Shown here one piece after another: positions 40,970 to 50,353 of a stretch of DNA of 64,000 bases (its first letter is position 1; every line of letters begins with the position of its first letter). The notes under the pieces were generated by a model. That model did not search any database. It saw nothing but the letters and a program-made list of their open reading frames with translations, and had not been told where the DNA came from. The DNA comes from an uncultured Methylomirabilota bacterium (GTDB taxonomy: Bacteria; Methylomirabilota; Methylomirabilia; Methylomirabilales; 2-02-FULL-66-22), in the NCBI GenBank assembly GCA_963705305.1, contig OY970067.1, positions 1,664,001 to 1,728,000 of the forward strand, in the 5' to 3' direction. The translations under genes and the position numbers were made by a program.

Positions 40970-41821
40970 TCAGAACCCCTCCTGGGCTTTCCCAAAAGCG
41001 TGACGCGAAATCTCTTCAAAGAAGTGTCGGCTCTCCCTTGCCACATCTTCAGGCTCACCCGCATACCCGAATGCATTCGCCTCATATTCGATCGAAAGAA
41101 AGTCGTCGAATCCAACCTCCCTCAGCGCACGCAAGACGTCGATGAAATCAATAGACCCTTGCCCAAGCGGGGGGAAGGCATATTTGTCAGGGGTCCCGAC
41201 GGCGTCCTTCAGGTGGACATGCACAATAGATGTGCCCAGATCCCGGATTGCGCGGCCAGGATCGTCGCCATGAACTTGGAGGTGGCTCGGGTCGAGATTC
41301 ACCTTGAGCCGGCAATCCCCGAGCTCCGCCTGGAGCCGTCGCATCGATTTAGAGTCGCAGACCATCATATTGACCACTGGTTCGAGTGCAAAGGTGACAC
41401 CTCGGATTGCTGCGTGCTCAAGACAGTCATGGATCCCAGCTAGCAGCCAATCCCAGGCAGTTTCAGCAGGCAGACCTTGGGGAGGGGAGCCCGTAAGGCC
41501 ATGGACCACGGGTACCTCGAGGTCACAGGCGAGGTCGATACACCCTTTGACAAACGCCCTCGCGTCCTGGCGCGCGGGTGCCTCTATCGAGAGAAAACTA
41601 ATGTGAGCCGCAATCGAGGAAACAGGAAGAGCGTGACGGTGGAGCAACTGCCGAAGGTGGTCTCTTTCTTGCCGTGTTAGCCCAGGTGTGACGTGGGGTG
41701 CGGCCCACGGAAGGGTCTCGGCATTCAACTCGATTCCATCGTAGCCTAGTTCGGAAAGTCGGGGAATAACCCTGTCAAGCGCACTTTGATGGAACGCTAC
41801 GCTATTGAACGCGAGCCGCAT
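40970..41821 (-). CDS. Sugar phosphate isomerase/epimerase-family TIM-barrel protein
   Basis: Metal-ligand motifs GYDGIE, ALEP, NLDPSH, HVHLKD and SIEYE. Confidence 0.9.
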   Translation of the reverse strand: MRLAFNSVAFHQSALDRVIPRLSELGYDGIELNAETLPWAAPHVTPGLTRQERDHLRQLLHRHALPVSSIAAHISFLSIEAPARQDARAFVKGCIDLACDLEVPVVHGLTGSPPQGLPAETAWDWLLAGIHDCLEHAAIRGVTFALEPVVNMMVCDSKSMRRLQAELGDCRLKVNLDPSHLQVHGDDPGRAIRDLGTSIVHVHLKDAVGTPDKYAFPPLGQGSIDFIDVLRALREVGFDDFLSIEYEANAFGYAGEPEDVARESRHFFEEISRHAFGKAQEGF

Positions 41822-41921
41822 TCCGATTTCTCCTGTAAATACCTTAGGGAGAAATACCGCCGCCCCGCGAAACCAACCTCCAGCCCGGCACATCAGTGCC
41901 GGGCTGGAGAGTTCGAGTGGT

Positions 41922-42797
41922 TTACCGAGGTTTGTGCTTGGCCACGCATCCATCCAAGACAGATTTGACGTCGGCTTCATCCAATTTGACGTAGGGATGT
42001 GCCTTTAATTCCTCCTCCACCATCTCCCAGGTCAGCCAATCATATCCGATGGGTGTCGGGAAGTTCCAGGGCTCTTCAGCCGGCTTGATGGTTACATTCG
42101 GGTTGAACAGCCACCCGATGTCGTACACGGCTTCCGGCTTCTTGCCTAGGAACACCAGCTTCCCTGTGTACTCCCCCTTCGCTTTGAAAACGTTTGGGCA
42201 GACATAGAAGACCTCCCAGCCCCTGCTGTTGAGGGCTGGAACTGCATGGCGTCGGATGTCTTCAGGATGTATGGAGGTCTCAATGTTGAAATGAAAGTGC
42301 CGGGTATTGGGCCGCTTGACATACTCAAGACCCTTCTCCCAGTGTTCCGATTTGAAGTACTGCTCAAGTGCTTTCTCGTCTGCCGCCGTGGCCCGTCGGA
42401 ACGGATAGTTCTTATAAAACGTCTCAATGTACCACCGGTTCCATCCTAGGAGATTGTTGCCGCCTTCGCCTCCCTCCATCGGCTTGATGGCAACATCTTT
42501 ATTGTAGACCCAGAATATGTCGAAATGCGGCTTCCCTTTCGGCTCGATTCCGTGCAGCGAGCCCATGCCTTTTTTGGGCGTCAACCAATCAATCAATCGA
42601 TCGCTGGGCCACCCGACAATCTCAAAGAATCCCTCGACAATTTTCTGCAGCGAGGTCGGGTGAATCGATGTTTCCATGTACAGGTGCACATGGGAATTTC
42701 GGGGATCTGGATCTTGCAGCATCATCAGCAAGCGCATCCACTGGTCCGAGGACCGAAAATAATCAGTCAACTCTTGCACCATCGCCTCTTGTTTCAT
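41922..42797 (-). CDS. Uncharacterised tandem-HxH protein, paralogue X3 (first gene of the left-arm operon)
   Basis: YFRSSDQW..HVH..TSIHP..MGSLHGIEPKGKPHFD and YFKSEHW..HFH..TSIHP..GKLVF..VYDIGW. Confidence 0.88.
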   Translation of the reverse strand: MKQEAMVQELTDYFRSSDQWMRLLMMLQDPDPRNSHVHLYMETSIHPTSLQKIVEGFFEIVGWPSDRLIDWLTPKKGMGSLHGIEPKGKPHFDIFWVYNKDVAIKPMEGGEGGNNLLGWNRWYIETFYKNYPFRRATAADEKALEQYFKSEHWEKGLEYVKRPNTRHFHFNIETSIHPEDIRRHAVPALNSRGWEVFYVCPNVFKAKGEYTGKLVFLGKKPEAVYDIGWLFNPNVTIKPAEEPWNFPTPIGYDWLTWEMVEEELKAHPYVKLDEADVKSVLDGCVAKHKPR

Positions 42798-43412
42798 GGA
42801 GTATCCCTTTCTTTGCGTTAGGTCGACCACCAGCCCGCTGATTTTTCCCTCATTGAACTACCGTCTCGTCCCCCTGGGTGGGGATCGTCCGTCCTTCTCC
42901 AGCGTCACATCTTGCATCATGGCGCGCCTCCGTCTAGTGTTACTTCTTCATAGAGGAGCCCCTTCTCCCACTTCCTGCTCAGATTGTCCGGCGGATACCT
43001 ACACACATTGCATGGCGTTCCGGGAACCGCCATGGAATCGATCGGCATTGCGCAGCAACCACAAGGACTTGCGGTGAACGGGCGCGACCCAAGACCAAAG
43101 CGATAGGGAAGTCAAGGGGCGCCGGAAAGCGCCTCGTCAGTCTGAATTACCTCCTCGCTATTGTTCGGATTGTAGGCGGAGCCGGCGGCCGCTTTCGGAT
43201 ATCTGCCCATTTGGAGGAACTGCCGGCGTTTCTCGATCTCAAGGGGCCGTTCATCGCATGTTGAGTCCGCATCATTGCGCAAGATTTCACACCGCTTCAT
43301 GGAAGGGAAGATCGCATTGAACGCCGAAACAAGATCCCTCCTTCGTGTCCATCCCTGGCACGGCGCCGAATTCGGGACCTCAAAGGCGACACAAAACTCA
43401 GGCATTCCGCAA

Positions 43413-44132
43413 TCATTCTTGCTTATTCAGGAATTCAGTGAAATAGATGGCGATCCCTGTGTCGCCACGTTCGACTGCGCCCCTCAGGAGCTCAACAAGT
43501 CTATGGTGCCTCTCCATCATCAAACGTCGAGCGGCTTCTTTGTCTCTGCATTCAATCGCCCGTATCAATTCCTCGTGTCCTTTCTGATCGTCACTCCAGA
43601 AGTCGAGGGATCGTGCATCACCAATGAAACGGTAGCGATTCAAACTATTAAAGATACCCATCACGGCCCGTGTGAGGATAGGCCAATGAACCGATTGCAC
43701 AAGCCGCTCATGGAGACAATAATGGTGTTTCGCGTAGGACTCCCAGTCACGCTCCTCGAGGGATTGCCTCATTTGCGTGACAAGTCCTTTTAGTGTACAT
43801 ATATCGTCGTTCGTAATATGATCCAGAAGCCTATCCAAACACGCCTGTTCCAAAGTTGAGCGGATGAAGACGTACTGTTCTAACTCTTGCAGGGAGAGCA
43901 TAGCCACCTGCGAGGGTTGACGAGTCTTGGAGACGATAAGCCCTGCTGCCTCGAGCCTGAGGAAGGCTTCGCGCACTGGAGTGATACTTACGCCGATTTG
44001 GGCGGCCACTGCGGCCTCGGTGATTCGCTCTCCAGGTTTGATCTCTCCTTTGAGAATGAGATCCCGCAGGATCTGGAACACTTCATCGGATATTGAGTTG
44101 CGATTCTGGATCTTAGGTAATGTTAAGCCCAT
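43413..44132 (-). CDS. GntR-family regulator (FCD domain)
   Basis: wHTH GVSITPVREAF; paralogous to 46218-46937. Confidence 0.92.
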   Translation of the reverse strand: MGLTLPKIQNRNSISDEVFQILRDLILKGEIKPGERITEAAVAAQIGVSITPVREAFLRLEAAGLIVSKTRQPSQVAMLSLQELEQYVFIRSTLEQACLDRLLDHITNDDICTLKGLVTQMRQSLEERDWESYAKHHYCLHERLVQSVHWPILTRAVMGIFNSLNRYRFIGDARSLDFWSDDQKGHEELIRAIECRDKEAARRLMMERHHRLVELLRGAVERGDTGIAIYFTEFLNKQE

Positions 44133-45122
44133 TCTTTTCCTTCCGTAATTAGGACTCTGCATCAGATGGTCGATCACTTTGCCGAGAACCCTCTACCTTC
44201 TTTCTCAGGGACCGGATCGGTTGCTAGACGCCCCAGCTCAACCCTTTATTCTGGCCGCGGTCACTTGTTCATTCAAATGTCCCTTAAACAGAGGGTCCTG
44301 CCTTTTTAGTCGACCAACTCGTCTGTGCCGTATCTATCAAAAATAGCGCCGAAAGCCCTTGGCCAAATAGGTCCACATTGAAGGAGAAGCGAGACGGTGA
44401 ATCCAGAGTCAGCCGTGGCGAGCCTGCACAAGTAGGCATTTGGCTTGGATCGAAACGGAAAACCAGCCGGGAAGCCTTGGCTCTCGAATAGCCGCTCCAA
44501 CCCCCAGTTTTTAATGCGTTGTTCCCGTGGAACCTCTTCTCGGCTCCCTAGGGTCTGTCTGGGGCCATCGGATTCCAGGCACAGAAAGCTAAGATGCAAG
44601 ACATTTCTAATCATTTTAATGGCAATGTTTGGTCGCATACAGATAGTCACGCCACTGTCGATTTGCATATATCACTAATAACATCCGTTTTAGTTAATAG
44701 ACAAACTACCTTATACTTTAAACCTTTTATATCAAATGTATCACGATGAGTCCATTTGTCAATAGCAGTTTGTCAAAATCCAAGAGAGTTCCATCATTCT
44801 CCTCAGTTGATCTTTCGGCTGCTCTGCAAGTACTGGCAAATGTTGGACATCTCGGTTACGCCTTTTCTAAGATTCGAACATGTCAAGTTAACATGGAAAA
44901 ACGAGGGACCGCTCTGCTACCGGCAAATGGAAAATGGGACTGTCTGTTCGCGTAGTTCCATGTCGCGAGCACAGCTCTATGCTAGATTCGGCGGATCATC
45001 GCAGTCTCTGACGGTCCCGCTGAGGTAAGCTCCCCCCCTCTCGTGCGTCTAAGGCCACCTTCGGCCATCGTTTTTACCTTCACGGTGCCACTTCTCCCCT
45101 TCCGTGAAGTTAAGTGGCCGCA

Positions 45123-45200
45123 CCACCGTCGATGTCGTCACCTTTCACCACTCATGCCGATCTCGGCATGACCGCCGAAAGGTGACGGTGTCGAACGTGG
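45123..45200. repeat. Long imperfect palindrome
   Basis: CGTCACCTTTC/GAAAGGTGACG (11 bp) encloses TCATGCCGA/TCGGCATGA (9 bp), with outer TCGA and CCAC/GTGG pairs. Confidence 0.8.
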
Positions 45201-45419
45201 CGCCTCCAGTTAAGCCGCCTGGATTGCATAACAGTTCGGTACCGGATCGCCTTGAGGTGCTATTGGCGCTGGTATGGCCTTTCCGTGTTGTCCCAGGCTA
45301 CCCGCTGTTGGATGATCCGGCGGGCCCCACGGTATCTCAAGCAAACCATCCACTAAGGGCCCGTTCCTGCAGGCTTGGCAAGGTCTGGTCGTGCCACGAA
45401 AGATACTGTCAACTTTCAA

Positions 45420-45680
45420 GGTGCGAGACCCTGGCGGCCCCGCCACGATGGGAGGCCGGCACGTTTGGGTGGGAGGCAGACGGAGGCGCGGGGACCTCGG
45501 GCGCCATCAGTCCCCGCAGCTCACCACGCGCCGCCGCTGCCGACGGGCTGGGGCCCCGCAGGTCCACTGGCGGGGCCCCAGCCAGGGATCCGGACGGAAC
45601 AGGGCCTGGAAGACGGACACCGCTGACATCCCTGCGGAGCTCGGAGCATCGATGCAAGTTCCGGTTGGAAGGGGCCACAG
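45420..45680 (+). mobile_element. Possible orphan IS110-family non-coding end
   Basis: GC-rich structured block in AT-richer surroundings, with a perfect 14-bp stem at 45546-45583. From memory it resembles IS110 left ends. It ends in an RBS-like GGAAGGGG with no transposase ORF. Confidence 0.4.
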
Positions 45681-46217
45681 TACCAGATGCGCCAGGCTCC
45701 CGTTCATGATAGCATTCAAGAGGAAAGCAAGGCCGAGCCTATACGGGCCGGTCCTGAGCGAGCACATTGCCTTGTTCGCTACCACAAACCATGGAACAGC
45801 TGTTGACTTATTTCGCATCGTGACTATATTTTAGGTAGAAGGTAGAATATGTAAGATTAAAGGTATATATCTCTAGCATGTTTAAAATAGTCTTCTCTGC
45901 CTACTCCATTCACCCAATGGGTTACGTCAATCAGACGCTAAATGCTTGATAATGCAGGAGCTGGCTCCTCAATGAGGAGTTCTCTTAGACAAATTCGTCA
46001 CGGTGGAATACACCGTTGGCACATCCTGCGGGGTGGTCCAGGCGATCTGTGTCTCGGGCAAGGGTGGTGGGCGCATTTCCCTTCGGCCATCCTGCGGAGG
46101 GCCCGGCGAGATCGTGGGGTTGCTTCCCGGGACAGACCAGCATGCGGACCAATTGAGTCATGAGCCAGCGTACGGGCACGCCAGCAGATCCAGGCGATTA
46201 TGAGGGGGAGACCAAGT

Positions 46218-46937
46218 ATGCAGTTCCAGCTACCGAAGATGCAAGCTCGAGCCTCCATGACGGAGGAGGCTTTCAACACTCTTCGAAAGATGATCCTCCA
46301 TGGAAAGCTCCTACCTGGGGAAAGGATCACCGAATCGGGAGTCGCCGCCGAAATGGGCATCAGCATCACGCCAGTCCGTGAGGCCTTCCTCAAGCTTGAA
46401 GCGGTAGGGTTCATTGTCTCGAAACCTCATCAATCCTCTCAGGTACCCCTGCTTTCACTAGAAGAACTGGATCAGTATGTCTTCATCCGTTCGACACTAG
46501 AAGATGCCTACTTGGAAATGATATTGGATCATATAACTAAGAATGACAACGATATCAATGCACTCAAGGTGCTCGTCATTCGCATGAGGGAATCCTTAGA
46601 GCAACATGATTGGGAGGCCTACTCGAAATATCACTATCGATTGCATGAAATGCTTTTAGAATCTCTTGAGTGGCCCCTCGTTACGAGATTTGTGATGGGC
46701 ATCTTTGATTGTCTAGATCGCTACCGCTATATTGGCGAAGCGCACTCGCTTACCCGCTGGGCCGAAGATCAGAGCGGTCATGAGGAATTAGTTCAAGCGA
46801 TTGAAAGGAGAGACAGGGAGGGATTTCGCAGCGCGTTGATTGAGACACAAATTCGATTTGCTAAGGTGCTGAGAAATGCGATTGACCGTAACGAGGAGGG
46901 AATCGCTGAGTACTTCACGAATTCAGTAAGTGCCTGA
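46218..46937 (+). CDS. GntR-family regulator (FCD domain)
   Basis: GISITPVREAF; shares QYVFIRSTLE and HEEL..AIE.RD with 43413-44132. Confidence 0.92.
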   Translation: MQFQLPKMQARASMTEEAFNTLRKMILHGKLLPGERITESGVAAEMGISITPVREAFLKLEAVGFIVSKPHQSSQVPLLSLEELDQYVFIRSTLEDAYLEMILDHITKNDNDINALKVLVIRMRESLEQHDWEAYSKYHYRLHEMLLESLEWPLVTRFVMGIFDCLDRYRYIGEAHSLTRWAEDQSGHEELVQAIERRDREGFRSALIETQIRFAKVLRNAIDRNEEGIAEYFTNSVSA

Positions 46938-47289
46938 ACAGTGGCGAGTGCCGAACATTCACTAGCCTTTGGCCATTAGCGTGACACTCGGATGGGGAAG
47001 GCATCCTTGCCAAATCCTGCAAAAGCGCGGTTCCGCATGATTCAGCACTGCGAACAGTTCACCCACAACGTCCGCCAGAATTGGCGGTTCCTCGCAATCT
47101 TGCGGACCCAGTTCCATGCGCTGTTGCAACGCCATGCGGCGGAGGGCGTCACAGGCTTTCGGGCTCGCCCATGTGTGCGTCGGATCAGTCCTTGGCGCAC
47201 CTCCCAAGCCGTCCAAGCTCTGATTCTTAGAATCCGACAGGAACGCCAGCACAGGACTCTCCGTTTAAGCCACTCCCTAGCTCGATGCG

Positions 47290-48202
47290 ACCAGCTGGAG
47301 ATGAGCCGGACCCAGGTCTTGGACCGGCCCCTGTGCGGGCGGGAGTTCTTCGAGGAGGTCCTCCGGGACCAGTTGGAATTGGGTCGGCCCAGCCGGCTGC
47401 AACTCCACTTCGACTGGAAGATCACCCGGGCCACCCCCGGCCGCTTCCGCACCCGGATCATCACCGACGGTGTCGTGCGCAGCCTACACGTCGAGCGCAC
47501 GCGCTGCCACATCACGCAGTCCTGCAAGGAGGGGCCCGCCCTGCGCACCGAGACCCCCGTCAACGACGCCTACGACTTCGGGGTCAAGAGGGGTCCGAGC
47601 AACTTTTCCTACCTCCGGACGCTCGGGCAGCGCATCAACGGCCGCCTGCGCACCGCGGAGCGGTTGGCCCACGACTGCGGCCTCGCGGAGCTGCAACTCG
47701 CGGCGCTCATCCTGCCTAGCCGGACGCCCGACGGGCAGCCGATCCCCGGTCTGAAGTTCGGCCAGCCGCGGGTCATGGCCCCCCCCGCCGCCTGCTGCCT
47801 CTGCGGCCTCACCCCGGCGGGCATCACCAATAACCGGGTGCTCCATCCACAAATCGCCCAGCTACTCGGCGTGCCGGACGCCGACTACACCGCCCGCCAG
47901 ATGGGCTACGATCTCCGGCGCCTGTTCCGCAAAGGCCTCATTGTCCGGGTAGACGGCAAGCTTTGCTATACGCTCATGCCGCACGGTCGGCGTCTAGCCT
48001 TGTTCCCGACCAAGCTCTACGCGCGAGTCCCGCGGCTCGGGTTCCAGGCGCTCGACCGCCGGATTGCGTCCCAGGCACCGCCCCCGCTCCGAACGGCTCT
48101 CGCTGCGGTCGATGTGGCCACGGAGCAACTGCTCCAGGAGGCCCGACTGCAGCGTAGATACTCTGACATGTTTGTGCAGAATATGGCCCTACAAGACAGC
48201 TA
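47290..48202 (+). pseudogene. Degenerate C-terminal part of an unclassified putative transposase
   Basis: High-GC block with GREFFEEVLRDQL.LGRP, KEG.ALRTET..ND..DFG and a C-terminal wHTH (QMGYDLRRL.RKGLI.R). The N-terminal part of the tracked ORF looks unrelated. Confidence 0.6.
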
Positions 48203-48294
48203 ATTCATCAGTTGCGGACAACGTAGGCGTGGCAATAGAAATGGGAAGACGAGGCCAAACCAACACCCGGCAGACGGCGGAAAGGACTGAGGGA

Positions 48295-49047
48295 ATGCAG
48301 CTAACAGGAAAGGTCGCCTTGGTGACGGGGGCTAGCAGAGGGATTGGTCGGGCGATTGCGGTGGCCCTGGCCAAAGAAGGTGCTGACGTGGCGGTGAACT
48401 ACGTGAGAAACGCTGTTGCCGCCGAGGAGACCGCTGCATTAGTGGAAGCCGTGGGACGGCGCTCCTTGCTCGTTCAGACCGATGTGACCCGACGCCAAGA
48501 GATTGAGGCGATGGTGAAGCAAGTGCTCCAGCACTTCGGCCGCATTGACATTCTCGTGTGCAACGCGGGCGTGCTCACGCGTACGCCTTTCCTTGAACTG
48601 ACCGACCAAGAATGGGAGAAGGTCCTTACCACCAATCTGACCGGCCCTTTCTTTGTGGGGCAAACTGTCGCCAAGCAGATGGTAAAGCAGGGCGGAGGGA
48701 AGATCATAAATGTGACATCAGAAGTCGCCGAACGCGCACAGCCGAACCGCAGTCACTACTGCGCCTCCAAAGGTGGGCTGCGCCAACTCACCAGGGCAAT
48801 GGCCATCGAACTGGCGCCTTATGGCATCAACGTCAACGCGGTGGCGCCTGGCACAACTGAGACAGATATTAATCGAGACAGCCTGAGGCTCCCTGAAGAG
48901 CGAAAACAACGCCTGACACGAGTGCCGATCGGAAGGTTCAGCCTGCCGGAAGACGTCGCGACGGCGGTAGTGTTCTTGGCGTCCTCCGGATCCGACACAA
49001 TGGTGGGGGCAACCGTGGCCGTGGATGGTGGCTCGACCGTGACCTAG
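48295..49047 (+). CDS. SDR-family oxidoreductase
   Basis: Motifs TGASRGIG, CNAG, YCASK, VAPG and VDGG. Confidence 0.92.
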   Translation: MQLTGKVALVTGASRGIGRAIAVALAKEGADVAVNYVRNAVAAEETAALVEAVGRRSLLVQTDVTRRQEIEAMVKQVLQHFGRIDILVCNAGVLTRTPFLELTDQEWEKVLTTNLTGPFFVGQTVAKQMVKQGGGKIINVTSEVAERAQPNRSHYCASKGGLRQLTRAMAIELAPYGINVNAVAPGTTETDINRDSLRLPEERKQRLTRVPIGRFSLPEDVATAVVFLASSGSDTMVGATVAVDGGSTVT

Positions 49048-49086
49048 GAAGCTTCGATTCCACCCGGCTTAACGAAGAGGGGGGCT

Positions 49087-50088
49087 ATGAGGCAACCGAA
49101 GGCCGGCTTCATCGGACTGGGTGTCTTCGGAGAGTGAATGGCCTTGAGCGTGCAGCGGGCGGGCTGGCCGCTGGCGGTCTACGACCTTCGCCCGGAGCCC
49201 CTGACGGAAACTGGCGGCGGCCGGGGCGCGAGTGGCGTCCTCCTCACGGGAGGCAGCGGCTAAAAGTGACATGCCGGTGATCATGGTCTTGAACCACCCG
49301 CAGGCGGAGGCTGTGCTAGCGGGCGAGAAAGGCGCTCGTGGGAAGCTTGGCCCTGGCAAGACGGGGGTCGGGATGAGTCCTATCTCCCCCGCCCAGGCTA
49401 GGGGCAGTTGGCCTCTTTCGTATCGCGCACCGGGGCGCGCTATGCGTACTCGCCCGTGAGGGACGACTGGCTCCGCGCCAAGGACGGCACGCTGACGCTG
49501 ATGCTGGGCGGCCCACCGGAGGCAGTCGAGGCGGCGCGCCCGGTCTTGGAGTCGCTGGGCAAGCACCTCTACTACGCGGGCGGAGAGGTGGGGTCCGGGC
49601 AAGCGCTAAAGATGATCAACCAGATGCTGATGAGCGTCCACGATGTCGCCGCCTCCCAGGCGGTGGTGCTGGCCACGAAGCTGCGCTTGGACCCCGAACT
49701 TGTCTACGAGGTGATCAGCCACGGCACGGGCGACTCGTGGGCCTTCCGCAACCGGGTGGACCACCTGATGGCGCGCGACTTCACCAACCGCGGGATGCTC
49801 GAAATCTTGCACAAAGACCTAGGAATCTTGCTGGAGACAGCGCGCGATACCAAGACGCCCCTACTGCTCACCCCTACGGCCTACCTGGCCTACCAGGCGG
49901 GCATGGTGACTGAACTGGCGCGCGAGGACGACTCGGCGGTGGCCAAGGTCCTCGAGCACCTGGCCGGGGTGGAGGTGAAGAAGCGTCCCGCCAACCACGC
50001 ATTGGTGCGGGCCTCCCCGACCCCTGCCGCTCTCGGGGGAAGGGCGCAGTCGGCGGCCTCGCGGAAGAGGAAAGCCGGGAGGCGCTGA
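49087..50088 (+). pseudogene. Beta-hydroxyacid dehydrogenase pseudogene, close copy of 22590-23504
   Basis: In-frame TGA at 49135 replaces Trp; frameshifts near 49210 and 49400; DSPVSGG decayed to YSPVRDD; the remainder is nearly identical in protein sequence. Confidence 0.9.
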
Positions 50089-50353
50089 GGGGGCTAGGAG
50101 AGGAACGCAGAAGTGGCCATTGATGGCGGTTTCTACCGAGGCGCCATGACTTTGTTAGAAGCTCGTTGACGATATCGCATGGCCGTACATATTCGAATTC
50201 TTGTGCACAAAGGCCGCCACGTCTTACGTTAGCTGACACGCTAGTGGGCGTTTCCCCTTGCTAGAGGCGTCCAGAAAGGAGGGACAATCAAGACTCGCAA
50301 GAAGTAGGTTGCTGCGACCCTTTACTTTTCGCTGGAAGAAGGAGGACGGGTGA

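Noticed and set aside
45108..45215. Integron attC site
   Set aside because: The two GTTRRRY boxes are direct rather than inverted repeats, there is no RYYYAAC partner, and no integron integrase or cassette array is present.
45210..45420. IS3/IS481-like C-terminal remnant (RRIIQQRVAWDNTERP)
   Set aside because: Too degraded to list as a supported feature.
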